This document shows positions 1 to 13,907 of a stretch of 52,938 bases of DNA, piece after piece. The stretch spans positions 70,645,741 to 70,698,678 of the forward strand of contig NC_057718.1 in the NCBI RefSeq assembly GCF_004010195.1, in the 5' to 3' direction. A model generated the notes under the pieces. It saw only the letters and a program-made list of their open reading frames with translations. It had not been told where the DNA came from and searched no databases. How positions within the stretch are numbered: position 1 is the stretch's first letter; each line of letters starts with the position of its first letter. This DNA comes from Chiloscyllium plagiosum. Lineage: Eukaryota. The position numbers were made by a program, and so were the translations under genes.

Positions 1-1429
1 AATATTTATTTCCCAGGCCCTGTCCACTTGAAGCCATGTCTCAGTTATCCCCACAATATCGTATCTGCCAATTTCCAAAAAGAGCCTCAAGCTCATCCAG
101 CTTTGTGCATTCATGTATAGTATTTTTAATTTGTTACTGCTCTCACCCTTCCCATCAACCCTTATTTCACTCAACCTTACAGCATGATGCCTTTCCGAGT
201 TTTCTGCCTCATTGATACAGTTGTCTTTCTTGACTTCTCTATAATAAGGGCTGTCCAAGGTTAGCTGTGAAATTTCACTCTTTGCTTAATTTCCTTGGAT
301 AGAACTCCAATATCCAGAGATGCTTGTAACTTCAGGTGTAAGAATTCAGAGCTTCTGATAGGAAAAATGACTGGAACAGCTTCATTAGTCAATTTCAGCA
401 CTATTCATTTTGCTTTATGGTACAATAAGATGGCTGCTATATTTTGATAAATTAAGTTTGATACGTATAAAACTCAGAGACACAATTTTAAACCAGAATT
501 CCACAGGGCAGGCTCTAGGAAAACATCACGAGAAAGAGAAAGTTCTCTGCTAAAGTGTGGTCGAGGAACTGTTAGTTTTGCTGAAAGAATCTAAGCAATC
601 TGTGATTGCAATACTAGTGAGAGAAAAGCAGCCTTCACTTTTGCCTTGTCTAACAAATTATTTTTTACCAACTGAGTCTACCCATAAAAAGCAAACCCCA
701 ACTATTCAACTACAAAAGCTATAACAGCTGCCCAATGCTAATTTGCATGTTTTCAATCACTTCACCTCAAAGAGAAATCTTCAAACTAATTACAGGCATG
801 CGAGGATATTTGACAAATCTTATTCTCATTAGTATCTGTTATCTACTTTTGATCTCTGCATCTGTATTTCATCTAATACTTATCTCCTTACAACTAGTAA
901 CTTGCAGCAATAAATATAAAGCTTTCCTCATGGTTATTTCTAAATTGGAACAGGAAAAGACCTGTAGGCAGCTAATGGAGCTATATAAACTCTCTCTCTT
1001 TAAATACCATTTTGCAGACATGCTGGGTGTGGTTATGACAATGACCCAGGAACTTAAATGACATATATCAAATATTACTCTGCTTTTTTTAATGTCTGGG
1101 AATTACTGATTAATTTTCCAGTTTGTTTTAGTCCTTCACGAGGTATGAGCATTCTTTGGCAACGGTAGCTTTTGATACTCATTCTTAATTTCCCTTTGAG
1201 AAATTGATGGTGCATTAAAATGAGGTCATATGGGAAAATAGTTTGTGAAACACTACTTCACTTTGCATAAAAAATCAGCAAGTTCTATTGTTGAATGCTG
1301 AAACACTGAATTTAGGGATTTTATGTCCACATTGGTCCACACTGTTGATGGTTGTACAAGGAAAACAAAAGTTGCTACCCACCTGAAGACTACAAATTCC
1401 ACTAAGTTGAAGTGGCCTCCAAGCGTTTT

Positions 1430-3090
1430 AGAATCATATACGATAGAAGAGGTTTTTTTGGCCCATTGAGTCTGCACCAACACATGAGAAACACCCGACC
1501 TTCAACTAAATCTCATTTACCAGCACTTAACCCATAGCCGATGACATGCCAAGTGCTCATCCAAGTATGTTTTAAAGAATGTGTGACAATTTGCCTCTAC
1601 CACCTTTCCGGACACACGTTACAGGCCAACACGTTTCCACTTGTGACTGAGATAAATGGATGCTCGTTATGGTCTTTGTCTATGCCCCTCGATCTTGTAC
1701 ACCTCAAATAGATCACCCTTTAGTCTTTTCTGCTCCAATCAAGCCGATCCAACCTTTCCTCACAAATTAATGTCCTCTATATTCCCTCCAGTCCAATCAC
1801 ATCCCTCCAGTAATATGGTGATCAGAACTGCACACAATACTCTAGCTATGGTCTCAAAGTTCTACACAATTCCAACATGACTTCTCTGTTTTTGTAATCA
1901 ACACCTCGATTGCTAAAGGCAAGTGTCCCATATGCCTTGTTTCTCCACCTTCAGAGATCTATGGAGGAATACACCAAGGTCCCTTTATTCCACAGACTCT
2001 CCTTGTGTCATGCAGCTTATTGAATACTTTCTTGTCAAATTACTCTTTCCAAAGTGTGCCACCTCATACATTTTAAGATTAAATTGTATCTGCCCATTTG
2101 ACTATCCCAATTATATCATCTTGCACTCAAGACACTCAATGTCACTGTTAACCACCCGATCAATCTTTGTTTCATGTGCTCACTTACTATAAAAATTAAT
2201 TACACAGTCATTTGTGTCATTTATATAAATGACAAATAATAGAGGATCCAGCACAGACCTCTCTGGTATGCCACTGGACACTGGCTTCCAGTTACTCAAG
2301 CAGCCTTCTGTCATCATCCTCTGTTTCGTATAACAGACAATTTTAAATCAAAGTCTTTTCCCTGGGGTCAGGGAGTCCAGAACTAGAGGGCATAGGTTTA
2401 GAGCGCAAGGGGAAAGATATAAAAGAGATTTTCACACAGAGGGGTGGTACGTGTATGAAAAGAGCTGTCAGAGGAAGTGATGGAGGCTGGTACAATTGCA
2501 ACATTTAAGAGGCATTTGGATGGATATATGAATAGGAAGGGTTTGGAGGGATATGGGCCGGGTGCTGGCAGGTGAGACTAGATTGGGTTGGGATATCTGG
2601 TCAGCATGGGTTGGACCAAAGGGTCTGTTTCCATGCTGTACATCTCTATGAGTCTATGACTCTAACTACATCAATTGCACTAACGTCATCCACATGCCTG
2701 GTCACCTCCTCAAAAATATTCAAGCAGATTTGTTAGGCATTCCCTTCCTCTGACAAAGCCATGCTGACTCCCTGATCAATCTTTGGTTCTCCAAGCAGAT
2801 CTAAATGTTCTCCTTCAGAAGTTTCTCTAATAGTTTCCCTACCACTGATGTGAGATTCATTAGTCTGTCGTCTTATCATGACAACCTTTCTTAAATATCG
2901 AAACCACATTAGCTGTTCTCCAGTCCTCTGGCATTAACCCCATGGTTAGAGAGGAATCAAATATTTGGGTCAATGCTGTTGCAATCTCCTCCTTTTCAGC
3001 TTGGATCACAATTTATCTCAATCTGGAGATCTGCTCACCTTTAAGCCTGCCAAACCCTCCAATACATTTTCCTTCCCTATAATTACTTGA
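1430..3090 (-). mobile_element. Decayed CR1 3' half, with a nested plus-strand CR1 3' end at about 2346-2662
   Basis: RT C-terminal nucleotide similarity to other copies in the window; (TCTATGA)n tail on the nested piece. Confidence 0.8.
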
Positions 3091-3249
3091 TAGTAGGCTT
3101 TATGTGAGCATTTGGGAGCAGGCACAGCCAGAGTGAGGTTTGCACAAGTTAGTTTTCTTTTTGTTCATTCATGAGACAAGGGTTTCATTAATTTAGGTCA
3201 GCATTTATTGCCCATCCCTAATTCCCCAGAGGGCAGTTAAGAGTCAACT

Positions 3250-5560
3250 TCCCTTTGGAAGGGGGCTGTGTCCTCGATGGACAGGTGGCAACTGCACCAG
3301 AATTGTAGGAAGGTTTCAAGTGCTTTTGGAGTGGGTTTAAACTAATTTTGCAGGGGTGTATGTCCGGAGGAAAGTTTCAACAGGGGTAATGTTAGCTAAA
3401 ATTAGAAGAGGCAGCAATGAGTCAGGAAGGCATAGACATTATAGGTGCCAGTTAAGACACAAGGGAGTTTGGCAAGGTTGGATAGTATTTACTTTAATGC
3501 AAGAACATTGACAGATAAAACATGGGAGCATGATATCACTGCTGTTGCTGAGAAATGGTTGAGAGAAGGCCGAGATTGGCAGCTCACTATTCCAGCATAC
3601 TGGGTTTTCAGGCAATAAAATGACAGAGACAAAAGAGGATGAAGGGTTGCAATTTTGATCAGGGGATCTATTACATCATTAAGGAGGATGACATCTTAGT
3701 AACTGTTCAGAGAGTGAAAGAATTAGTGATAACTCTTTCTGGAATAAATTGTTTCCTGAGATAAAAGGGATAAGGACAACCTGTTACAAAGGAATTAAAA
3801 GCACCATAACAATTCTTCCTTGGGAAAAGCAACATAAACAAACCGTTTTCTGTAAGAGAGGAAGTAACAGCTGCTTGATAGTTGGCTATTATATGCCACA
3901 AGGACATAGGATTGCCCTGCAGAAGAATTTAAAGGAGTTAACAGCAGTAGTCTGTGTTTTGAACTGATGGCTAACACCAAATGTGACAAGGAACAGAGAA
4001 GCCACTCCTGATAAGACGGCAAGTGATAGACTCAGTTGAAATTGTAGCTAAATTACACCATTAATCGGTAACGGCTGAGCTGGGAAGTGCAGCTTAATTT
4101 ACATACTTGAGGGAACTTATTTTGTTTTAAAGTTGAAATAATTGTGTCAGCATTTGATTGTACATGGGTTTTATTTTAATAAGTAGTTTAATTAAAGGTA
4201 GCTTGTGGTAGTTTATGCACAAAGCCCTGAGTAGAAAAAAGGCAAAAACCAAAAAGGAGCAATCACACTGCTGGGAGTGTACTATAGGCTCCATTACAGT
4301 CTGAGAGAAAAACAAGAGCAGATATGTCGGCAAACTTCAGGAAAGTTAAATGTAATAGGCTAATGATAATAGGGGATTTCAACCTTCCCAACATTAATGA
4401 TGGTAGTCAGCGTGAGAAGGAGCAGAATTTTTAAAATGCATCAAGGACAGTGTTTTAAGCCAGTACATTGAAGGCCATACAAGGCTGGGGGGGGGGATGT
4501 AGCTGGGCAAGTAGCTGAAACCTTAGCAGGGAAGCAGTTTTCAGGCAGCATACATAATCCTGTTGGACTCAGGACTATTATGGAAAAAGACAAGGATGGA
4601 CCTGAAATCAAAAGTTCTCAACCTCAAAGCTTATTTTAATAAGATTAGATGGGATTTAGCCAGAATACTCAGGCAGCAGATAATTTCAGGTAGATCTCAA
4701 TCTCAGAACAGTGGGATGCATTCAAGAAGGAAATATAGACAGTACAGTGACAATATGTTTTAAGTGAACAAAAAGGGTGAGACCATCAAAATTCTATGAA
4801 TGCTGGATATCAAGAGATATTCATAGTCATAGAGATGTACAGCATGGAAACAGACCCCTCGGTCCAACCCTTCCATCGACCAGATATCCCAACCCAATCA
4901 AGTCCCACCTGCCAGCACCCGGCCCATATCCCTCCAAACCCTTCCTATTCATCTACCCATCCAAATGCCTTTTAAATGTTGCAAATTGTACCAGCCTCCA
5001 CTACTTCCTCTGGCAGCTCATTCCATACACGTATCACTCTCTGTGTGAAAAAGTTGCTCCTTAGGTCTCTTTTATATCTTTCCCCTCTCACCCTAAACCT
5101 ATGCCCTCTAGTTTTGGACTCCCCCACTCAGGGAAAAGACTTTGTTTATTTATCCTATTCATACCCCTCATGATTTTATAAACCTCTATAAGGTCACCCC
5201 TCAGCCTCCAACACTCCAGGGAAAACAGCCCCAGCCTGTTCAGCCTGTCCTTATAACTCAAATCCTCAGTATTGGGTTAAGAGAAAAGAAAGGCTTATTA
5301 GAGCTCAAAACAACAGAATCCCTGGAGGAGTATAGATGTGCATGAGGGAATTTGAAAAAGAGAGTTAAAAGGGGCATGAAAAGATACTGTTAGCTCAAAT
5401 TAAGAAAAATTCTAAGATGTTTTACAGGTACATTAAAAAGGATAAGAATGGGAACAGTTGGATCCATTATGGACCACACTGATAATTTGTTGGTAGAACC
5501 AGAGGATGTAGATAGAGTTATAAATGAATACTTTGTGCTGGTATTCACTCGTTGGAAGAC
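3250..5560 (+). mobile_element. Decayed CR1 ORF1 end/ORF2 endonuclease, with a nested minus CR1 3' end at about 4820-5267
   Basis: gggtttaaactaa junction; YFNAR-like, GDFN and GVYYR motifs. Confidence 0.8.
3704..4220. mobile_element. Unclassified insertion (LTR-like) interrupting a CR1 endonuclease region
   Basis: CR1 endonuclease-like sequence stops at about 3703 and resumes at about 4221. The insert has TGT...ACA ends. Confidence 0.35.
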
Positions 5561-5789
5561 CACAAAAAGATAAGACTATCATTAAGTTTGATCCACCGTC
5601 CTATTATGGCTAATATATTTCTCAATTCCGTTCTCCTGCCATCTCTCCATAACGTTTGATCCCATTACTAACCAAGAACTTAACTCTCTCTGTCTGAAAA
5701 ACACTCAATGAATTGGCCTCCATGGCCTCCTGAGGTAATGAATTCCACAGATCCACCACCCTTCAGTTGAAGAAATTCCTCCTCATCTC

Positions 5790-6136
5790 CGGGTGGCACA
5801 GGTGGGTGGCACGGTGGCACAGTGGCACAGTGGTTAGCTGTGCTGCCTCACAGTGCCAGAGTCCTGGGTTCAATTCCTGCCTCTGACTGTGTGGAGTTTG
5901 CACATTCTCCCGGTGTCTGCATGGGTTTCCTCCAGGTGCTCCGGTTTCCTCCCACAGTCCAAAGATGTGCAGGTTAGATGAATTGGCCATGCTAAATTGC
6001 CTGTAGTGTTAGGTGCAGGGGTAAATGTAGGGGAATGGGTCTGGGTGGGTGCGCTTCGGCGGGTCGGTGTGGACTTGTTGGGCCGAAGGATTAGATTAGA
6101 TTACTTACACTGTAAGTAATCTAATCTAATCTAATT
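5790..6136 (+). mobile_element. HE1-like tRNA-derived SINE
   Basis: A box tggcacagtggttagc, B box gggttcaattcc, (TAATC)n tail, TSD atctc. Confidence 0.9.
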
Positions 6137-6365
6137 ATCTCAGTTCTAACAGGTCATCCCTTCACTCTGAGGCTCTGGCCTTAGGTTCTAGTCTATCCGA
6201 ATGGAGACATCTTTTCCATGTCTATCCAGACCTCTCAGTACTCTGTTTCAATGAGAACATCCTAATCCTTCTAAACTCCATCAAATACAGACTCAGAAGC
6301 CTCTACTATTCCTCATAATAAGCCCTTCACTCTTGTCAACCGCCTCTGGACCCACTCCAATGCCA

Positions 6366-7740
6366 GTAGGTACTATCCTTTGTAAGGAAGATTGAGAATC
6401 CTGCATAGTATATTGCCTGCTCAGTGCCGTGGTGTGTGACACCTCTGACTGGCTTGAGAAGGAGGGGCAGGATCCAGCTGTTGTGGTCCATGTTGGGACT
6501 AACATCATAGGTAAGGCTAGGAAGAAGGGATTATTCAGGAACTGGGAACCAAATTAAAGAACAGGTCCTCAAAAGGGTCATTACCTCTGGATTAATGCCT
6601 GAGCCACGTGCAAATTGGCATAGGACGTGAGAATAAGGGAAGTAAACATGTGGCTAAAAGAATGGTGCAGGAAAGAGGGCTTCCTTTTCATGGGACACTA
6701 GCATCAGTATTGGAGTGGGAGGGATCTGTACCATTGGAATGGTTTATATCTGAACCAAGCTGGGGCCAGTGTTCTAGCAAAAGGGTAAATGGGGTGGTCA
6801 ACAGTACTTTTAACTAGGAAGTGGGGGGAAGGAAAGGGTAAAACTCTGAGAAGTATAATAACCAATGGGAAGCAACACTGCAGGTTAACATTTGTGGGGG
6901 TGGATTCAACTGCAATAAAAAGCATGAAACAAATGAAAAGACAGGAGAACTCAGCAGAGGTTATTAAGTCTTCAGCACACAAAACAGAGTGTTTGTAAAA
7001 GGTTAGGAATCACACTTCAAACACACTGGATAAATGGATAACAATAAGAAGAGAGAAGGTCTATACAGAATTGAAGGTATTGTATCTGAATGCGCACAGT
7101 GTACAAAATAAGGTAAATGAGCTTGTGGCGCAGATCAAAATTGGCAGGTAAGTTGTGGTGGGCATCATGGAGACGTGGTTGCAAGGAGATAAGGACTGGG
7201 AGTGAAATATCTAATGATATGCATCCTATCAAAAAGACAGGCAGAGGGGAAAGGGTTGCCTTGTTAGTAAAAAATTAGATTAGATTACTTACAGTGTGGA
7301 AACAGGTCCTTCGACCCAACAAGTCCACACCGACCCTCCAAAGAGCAACCCACCCAGACCCATTTATCCTTTCACCTAACACTACGGGCAATTTAGCATG
7401 GCCAATTCACTTAACCTGCACATTTTTGGACTGTGGGAGGAAACCGGAGCACCCGGAGGAAACCCACGCTGACAGGGGGAGAATGTGCAAATTACACACA
7501 GACAGTTGACTGAGGCGGGATATGAACCCGGGTCTCTGGCGCTGTGAGGCAGCAGTGCTACTGTGCCACTGTGCCGCCCCAATTAAATTAAATTTATAGC
7601 AATAAAAGAAGTAGGATCAGATAATGTGGAATCTGAGTGGGTAGAGTTGAGGAACAAGAATAGTAAAAAAACATAATGAGAGTTATCCATAGGCCTCCAA
7701 ACAGTAGTCAAGATATGGGCCATAGGACACACCAAGAGCA
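6366..7740 (+). mobile_element. Decayed CR1 ORF1 esterase/ORF2 start
   Basis: VVVHVGTNII-like and LYLNAHSV-like motifs; interrupted by a SINE. Confidence 0.78.
7275..7580 (-). mobile_element. HE1-like SINE
   Basis: Reverse complement of the same family. Confidence 0.9.
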
Positions 7741-8447
7741 TAGACAGAGAGAAGGTTCTAAGTAGTGCGCATGCTTAAAAGTGGATACATTTCCAGGGCC
7801 AGATGTAATATAGCCCAGATTTTTGAGTGTGGCAAGGGCATAAATAGGGGTGCTTGCAAAATGGTTAATTTTTCTCTGGCCATAGGAGAGGTGACAAAGG
7901 ACTGGAGGACAACCAATATGGTATCACTATTCAAGCTAGTAATTAAGAATGAGTGATAAATGCTGCAAGTGGAAGTCACCATTGTCCTAGAGGAACATAT
8001 AGGTTACTCTCTCATTAGAGAGCAATGATTGATAGTGAGGTTAACCTGGGGGTCATTACACCTCAGGTGAGCATTGAGACGATAAGGCTGAGAGTGGGGC
8101 CTTCATGGTGATCTCTGCCGTTGTGAGAATTGATACACAGTGATTCATCCTGCTCACACCATTCCTGACACACAAGAAAAGAATCAATTGTGTATGGTTC
8201 ACCACTACATATATCTTATTCGCAATACGTTGGAATAAATTCAGCACAATTCATACCATAATCACAATATATGGAAAGAAGGTTGATACTGAGAAATTTT
8301 CACTCTGAGTTGTGTGGCTGCACACAATGGTTCCTTTGAATTATTGTTGTTGCATACTACAAAAATTAAAACAAGTAAATTCAACAAATTTTCAGTAAAT
8401 TCCAAAAATTGCTCATGCTTCATTCTAAATATAAGGAATGAATATAT

Positions 8448-9222
8448 GGAACAGAGGTGGCAAATGGAGTTTAATGTGCAAAAGTGTGAGGTGATTCACT
8501 TTGAAAGGAGAAATGGGAATGCAGATTATTGGGCTAATGGTAAGATTCTTGGTGGTGTAGATGAGCAGAGAGATCTCGGTGTCCAGGTACATACCCAGGT
8601 TGATAGGGTTGTTAAGAAGGCATGAGGTGTGTTAGCTTTTATTGGTAGAGGGATTGAGTTTTGAAACCGAGATCATTCTGCAGCTGTACAAAACTCTGAT
8701 GCGGCCACATTTGGAATATTGCGTACAGTGTCGTCACTGCATTATAGGAAGGATGTGAAAGCTTTGTAAAGGGTTCAGAGGAGATTTACTAGGATGTTGC
8801 CTGGTATGGAGGAAAGTTCTTATGAGGAAAGGCTGAGGGTCTTGAGGCTGTTCTCGTTAGAGAGAAGAAGGTTTAGAGGTGACTTAATTGAGACATATAA
8901 AGCAATCAGAGGGTTAGATAGGTTGGACAATAAGAACCTTTTTCTTCAGATGGCGATGGCTAACATGAGGGGATATAGCTTTGAATTGAAGGGTGATAGA
9001 TATAGGACAGATGTCAGAGGTAGTTCCTTTACTCAGAGAGTAATGGGGCATGGAATGCACTGCCTGCACCAGTAGTAGACTCACCAACTTTAAGGGCATT
9101 TGGATAGGCATATGAACGAGAATGGAAAAGTGTAGGTTAGATGGGTTTCAAATTGATTTCACAGGTCGGTGCAACATCAATGGGCGAAGGGCCTGTACTG
9201 CGCTGTAATGTTCTACGTTCTA
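8448..9222 (+). mobile_element. CR1 3' fragment
   Basis: WQMEFNVQKCEVIHF and SYEERLRVLRLFSLERRRFRGDLIETYK, ending in a gttcta tail. Confidence 0.9.
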
Positions 9223-9281
9223 TATATGGGGTGAGATTGATACAGTGTACTTCAGCAATGTTCAAACTCCATTTCTAATTT

Positions 9282-9329
9282 GTGTGTGTGTGTTGGGGGG
9301 GGGGGGGGGGTTGGGGGGGGTGTGGTGGT
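9282..9329 (+). repeat. (TG)n plus poly-G tract
   Basis: tgtgtgtgtgtg ttG15 ttt G8 tgtggtgg. Confidence 0.9.
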
Positions 9330-9599
9330 AAGACTTGTTGCCGTGTTATTGAGCATCAAAACCCAATCAAACTAAATGGGGGCAGATTGGCACAGTACAG
9401 TTAAGTGCTGCTGACACCACATGCCAATTACATGAGATTGATTGAATTTCTTTTAACAATACACACATCTCAATGTCAACACAATCGATGAAACTTGATG
9501 CAGTTTGATTCAAGACTGTTCATACTTCTTTACCAATATATGGGAGAATGCTTATGCTGTGGGACACCAAACTACTGACCTCATTCCAAATATATATGA

Positions 9600-10498
9600 T
9601 GTTATGCCTCACTCGGGTAACACACTGGAAATCAAGCCCCATCATTCCCAAAATGACCAAAAAAGTTAAAGATGTTAAAAATGGTGCAAATTTCCCCAAT
9701 ATGCTTGATCTTTAGGTTTAGGGTGGTGGAATGCACGGACCAAGTTTCTATTCTTACCAAGAATAACTATTTATTAAAAATAAAAAGAGTCAAGTCACAG
9801 AATAAACAATTATGAACCATTGGCATGTAACTTTACGCATTAAAACTCTAATCCCCTTATAAATTTCCCCTTGCATGCACACAGAGATACAGACAAAAAT
9901 AAGAAATAATGAGTGTTAGGCAGAGAGAAAAACTGGAAAAGCAATTCAGTAATCTCTGTTCAGAGGATAGTTGAGATGATTCTTGTGCTGATTAAAATGT
10001 TGTTTCCAGTTTTCCTTTGTCGGATGGTACACGGGAATGGATAACACTTATAAAAGGTCTTTGACTCATTAATTAAATTTCACACTTTACAGCAACTGGA
10101 GAAAGAATAAACTGGTTATCTACAGGCTTGAAGTAGATTCTGCTGCAAAGAACAGACATAGCCCGAGCAGGTGGATATCTTATTGTTTCCTTGCTATCTT
10201 TATAGCCTAAGCTGTTCAGCTGATAATGAAGGCCTTTGTCATCAATAACTGCTCACTTGTGCATGACCAATTAGACACTTTTTGCTGACTTAATCTCTAT
10301 TTGTACACTCTTGGCTCCAGATCGCCAGCACATTACACATCAAAGAGTTGTTGTGTAAGTAGCACATACAATGTGTGTCAGGTTACTTGCTTTCAAAAAC
10401 TGCAGTAATCCTTCAGCAATCCTGGACTTGAAAACAATTCTTTCCCCATTTTAACCACAATTGAAAATATAGAAAAATAAAAAGACATGGTCTTTACA
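9600..10498 (-). mobile_element. Possible solo LTR
   Basis: TGTTAT...TTTACA termini, about 0.9 kb, non-coding, minus-strand AATAAA near 9770. No convincing TSD. Confidence 0.35.
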
Positions 10499-10571
10499 AT
10501 AGCAGACTTGATAAAAGGAGATTAATTACTAATCATAACTCATTTCCAAAACATGAGAGAAAAAGATCTAA

Positions 10572-10896
10572 ATTTATACAGTACTTCTCCCAACCACTAG
10601 ATGTCTCAAAAGGCTTTACAGTCAGTGAAGTATCTGAATTATTATTACTGTTGCAGGAAAGGTGGCAACATGTTTGCATACAGAGAAGTACCAGTGTACC
10701 ATTGTCTAAAATAATGCCATATGGTTGTTTGTATCCTTCCAGATGGGGCCTTGGTTTAACATATCATCTAAAAGACCTCCAAAGGTACAGCACTCCCCCA
10801 GGACTATGCTTGTGTGTCTGTCTCAGATACTGTTCTGGAGTGGCATTTGAACCCAGAACTTGTGATTCAGAGTTGAGAATGCTGCTAAGTGAGCCA
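10572..10896 (-). mobile_element. Ancient tRNA-derived SINE (SacSINE1/DeuSINE-like)
   Basis: Minus head tggctcacttagcagcattctc...gggttcaaatgcc, Deu-like ggagtgctg...gatgatatgttaaaccaaggcccc, tail ctgtaaagcc...tataaat. Family assignment is from memory. Confidence 0.6.
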
Positions 10897-10959
10897 TAAC
10901 AACAACTGATATTGCTCAATTCACCTCTCACATTTCATACCCATTACATGACAGACAGG

Positions 10960-11170
10960 ACTGATTAGCTTGGATGGCTGGTTTGCAGTCTACAGTGAAG
11001 CCAACAGCAGGGGTTCAATTCCCACACTGGCTGAGGTTAGCAAAGAAAACTTTCCTCTCAAAGTCTCCCCTTACCTGAGGTGTGGTGATCTTCACGTTAG
11101 ACCATCAGTTATCTTTCTCTTCAATGAGAGAGCAGCGCTGTGGTTTGATGAGACTATGGTGGCTACTTAC
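10960..11170 (+). mobile_element. Second old tRNA-derived SINE family (another copy at about 7965-8160, minus)
   Basis: B box ggttcaattccc; shared cctgaggtgt...aatgagagag body in both copies. Confidence 0.6.
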
Positions 11171-11949
11171 ATACCTGACAAAGAGTTGATACAGCAGGAT
11201 TCAAGAAATCGCAGATCTTAGCCCCAACATATTTGGAATGAGTTGTGATTTAGTAATCTTTTCATGACAATAATAGTGCTACAACCACTGTAAAGCATTT
11301 ATATAAGCATTTTACACTATGGATACATTAAATGCATGTTCTGATCCCTGTAAAAACTTCTAATAACTTTCAAAAATTCGATCCTTCAGTTAATAGCTGA
11401 ATGGATAATGGAAGATTTCATATTTGAAGATGTGTACAGTAATAAACAGACTAAAAATATGACTAAATAGCACTTTTGTTGGCAATTCATATTTTAAACT
11501 GTAAACATAACTTTTAAATACAATTGAATTGATCTATGAAGTACACATTACACATTAAGTAAACATTCAAATCTCCTAGAATCAGTCCAAAATGATTCTT
11601 TGCACCTGAGGGTTCACTTCTGATCTTTTCCCTTAGCAGCCTGGAAATTTAATTTCCAGAAATGTCTTTCATGGTGCAGTTGTTCATGGAAATGGTTACT
11701 TCTACCTGAAGCTACATAATTCTTCTAGTCTGGCAGTATCTATGGAGAGAAAACAGAATTAATGCTTTGAGTTTAGTGATCCTTCTTCAGAACTGCAGTA
11801 CTACATGGCAAACCACTTACATTTTTGGCATCTCCTGAACATTGGCAGACTAACCTTAGCTGTGGGTAATTGGGGTATCTTAGATCCTTCTTAACTCAAA
11901 ACTCAACCTTCATGGTAATGTGCATAGTGTCAGCTTTGTATGCAGTGAA

Positions 11950-13320
11950 AACTGCTAACTACCGGTAGTTACCGGTGGAAAGCAAGGTATCAGAAAAGAT
12001 GTTGAGAGATTGAATTTAAGGTTATTTGGAAAAACTTAGTTTGATTAAAGATAGTCAGCATGACTTTGTGAGGAGCAGGTCATGCCTCACAAACCTTATT
12101 GAATTCTTTGAGGACATGACGAGACAAGTTGACAAAGGTCGAGCAGTGCATGTGGTGTATATAGATTTCAGTAAGTTATTTAATAAGGTTCTCCATGGTA
12201 GGCTCATTCAGAGAACTTAAGAGATATGGGATACAGGGAAACTTGGCTATCTAGATACAGAATTGGCTGGCTGAAAGAAAGCAAATGGTAGTGGATGGAA
12301 AGTATTCTGCCTAGAGGTTGTTGACCAGTGGTGTCCCGCAGGGATCTGTTGTTGGGCCTCGGCTCTTTGTAGTTTTAATAAATAACTTGGATGAAGAAGT
12401 GGAAGGTTGGGTTAGTAGTTGGTTGATGACATGAAGGTTGGTGGTCTTGTAGATAGTGTTGAGGGCTGTTGCAGGCTACAACATGACATTGACAGGAAGC
12501 AGAGCTGGGCTGAGAGTGGCAGATGGAGTTCAACACAGATAAATGCAAAGTGATTCAGTTTGGAAGGTCGAATTTGAATGCTGAATTCAGGGTTAAAGAC
12601 AGGATTCTTGGCACTGTGGAGGAACAGGAGGATCTTGGGATCCATGTACATAGATCCATCAAAGTTTCTACTCAATTTAATGGGGTTGTTAAGAAGGCAC
12701 ATGGTGTTTTGACTTTCAGTAACGGGGGATTGAATTTAAGAGCCATGAGGTTTTGCTAGAGCCCTATAAAACCCTGGTTAGACCACACTTGGAATATTGT
12801 GTCCAGTTCTGGTCGCCTCATTATAGAAAAGATGTAGATGCTTTAGAGAGGGTGCAGAGGAGATTTACCAGGATGCTGCCTGGATTGGATGACGTGTCTT
12901 ATGAAGAGAGGTTGAGTGAGCTCAGGCTTTTCATTCTGGAGAAAAGAAGGAAGAGAGGTGACTTGAAAGAGGTGTACAAAGTAATGAGTGGCATAGATGG
13001 AATAGATAGTCAGAGACCTTTCCCCAGAGCAGAAATGGTTGTCACAAGGGGGAATAATTTTAAGGTGATTGGAGGAAGGTATAAGGGAGATGTCAGAGTT
13101 AGGTTCTTTACACACAGAGTAGTGGATGCGTGGAATGTACTGCCAGCGGTAGATGTAGAGTCAGAGACAGTAGGGACATTTAAGGAACTGCTGGACAAGC
13201 ACATGGACAGCAGTAAATTGAGGAGGTGTGTAGGTTAGGTTGATTTTAAATTAAGATAAATGCTTTGCACAACATCGTGTACCAAAGGGCCTGTACCATG
13301 CTGTACTGTTTAATGTTCTT
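11950..13320 (+). mobile_element. CR1 RT to 3' end
   Basis: QHDFVRSRSCLTNLIEFF and YKTLVRPHLEYCVQFWSP. Confidence 0.9.
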
Positions 13321-13736
13321 GTCTTTAAATCCCAACTTTCCTTTATCTTAGCAGCATGTGGACAATTTAAAGTACAACTGTTTGCAAAGTGACTTTATCA
13401 GAACCCTTCCAAGACTTTAAAGAATCTCAGTATATCCACTGTTAGCAAATGGTGCCAAGGCAGCAGTCATCCTCCCGGTAAAGTAATCTGAGCCATCTTT
13501 AATCTTTAAAAGCCAAACCAACCAGCCTTGTGTCCAGCTAAACTTCAAAGCAAGTCGTATAACTCCTGTCATTTCAGCTTAAAAATACAGTTCGAACAGT
13601 GGCATTCTTATAAATCTCATCATTGAACCATGAGAAAATTTTACCTTTCTGTTTAAAAACCTACATTTATAATACTGTGAGCAAAAATGTATGCACACAT
13701 TATTCAAAGAAATTCAGGATCAAGCACTGTTATTAC

Positions 13737-13907
13737 CTTATCTTGTAGGTGGTACCAGTTATATGACTGAGTGAAATTCTCTTCAAATTTCCAATCTCCA
13801 AAAGGAATCAGCAATTCCCCGAGAAACACTTTCCGTTTGAGCATTGTACAGTGCCAAACAGAGACTTGAAGTGTCCTTGAGTCCAACTGCGATCTTTCAA
13901 TATTATA
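13737..13907 (-). CDS. SYTL3: SYTL3 coding exon (C2A end)
   Basis: Acceptor ttttgtataccatag|TAT, donor AAG|gtaata, 171 nt, phase 0/0. Reads YNIERSQLDSRTLQVSVWHCTMLKRKVFLGELLIPFGDWKFEENFTQSYNWYHLQDK, in frame with the previous exon. Confidence 0.93.

Noticed and set aside
735..1061. 108-aa hydrophobic ORF
   Set aside because: AT-rich, no recognisable motif or splice context; likely chance.
8256..8356. Possible further SYTL3 exon (good minus acceptor ttttaatttttgtag, donor g|gtatga)
   Set aside because: Stops occur in all three frames and there is no similarity to the expected C2A-C2B linker.
11720..11795. Additional hammerhead on the minus strand (ctgaaga...ctcaaagc)
   Set aside because: The GAAA core and stem II are degraded; it is only a decayed Penelope tail.
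11815..11890. Minus-strand donor gtaagt with upstream TAKVSLP-like peptide
   Set aside because: No credible acceptor or polypyrimidine tract, an in-frame stop just upstream, and only weak similarity.
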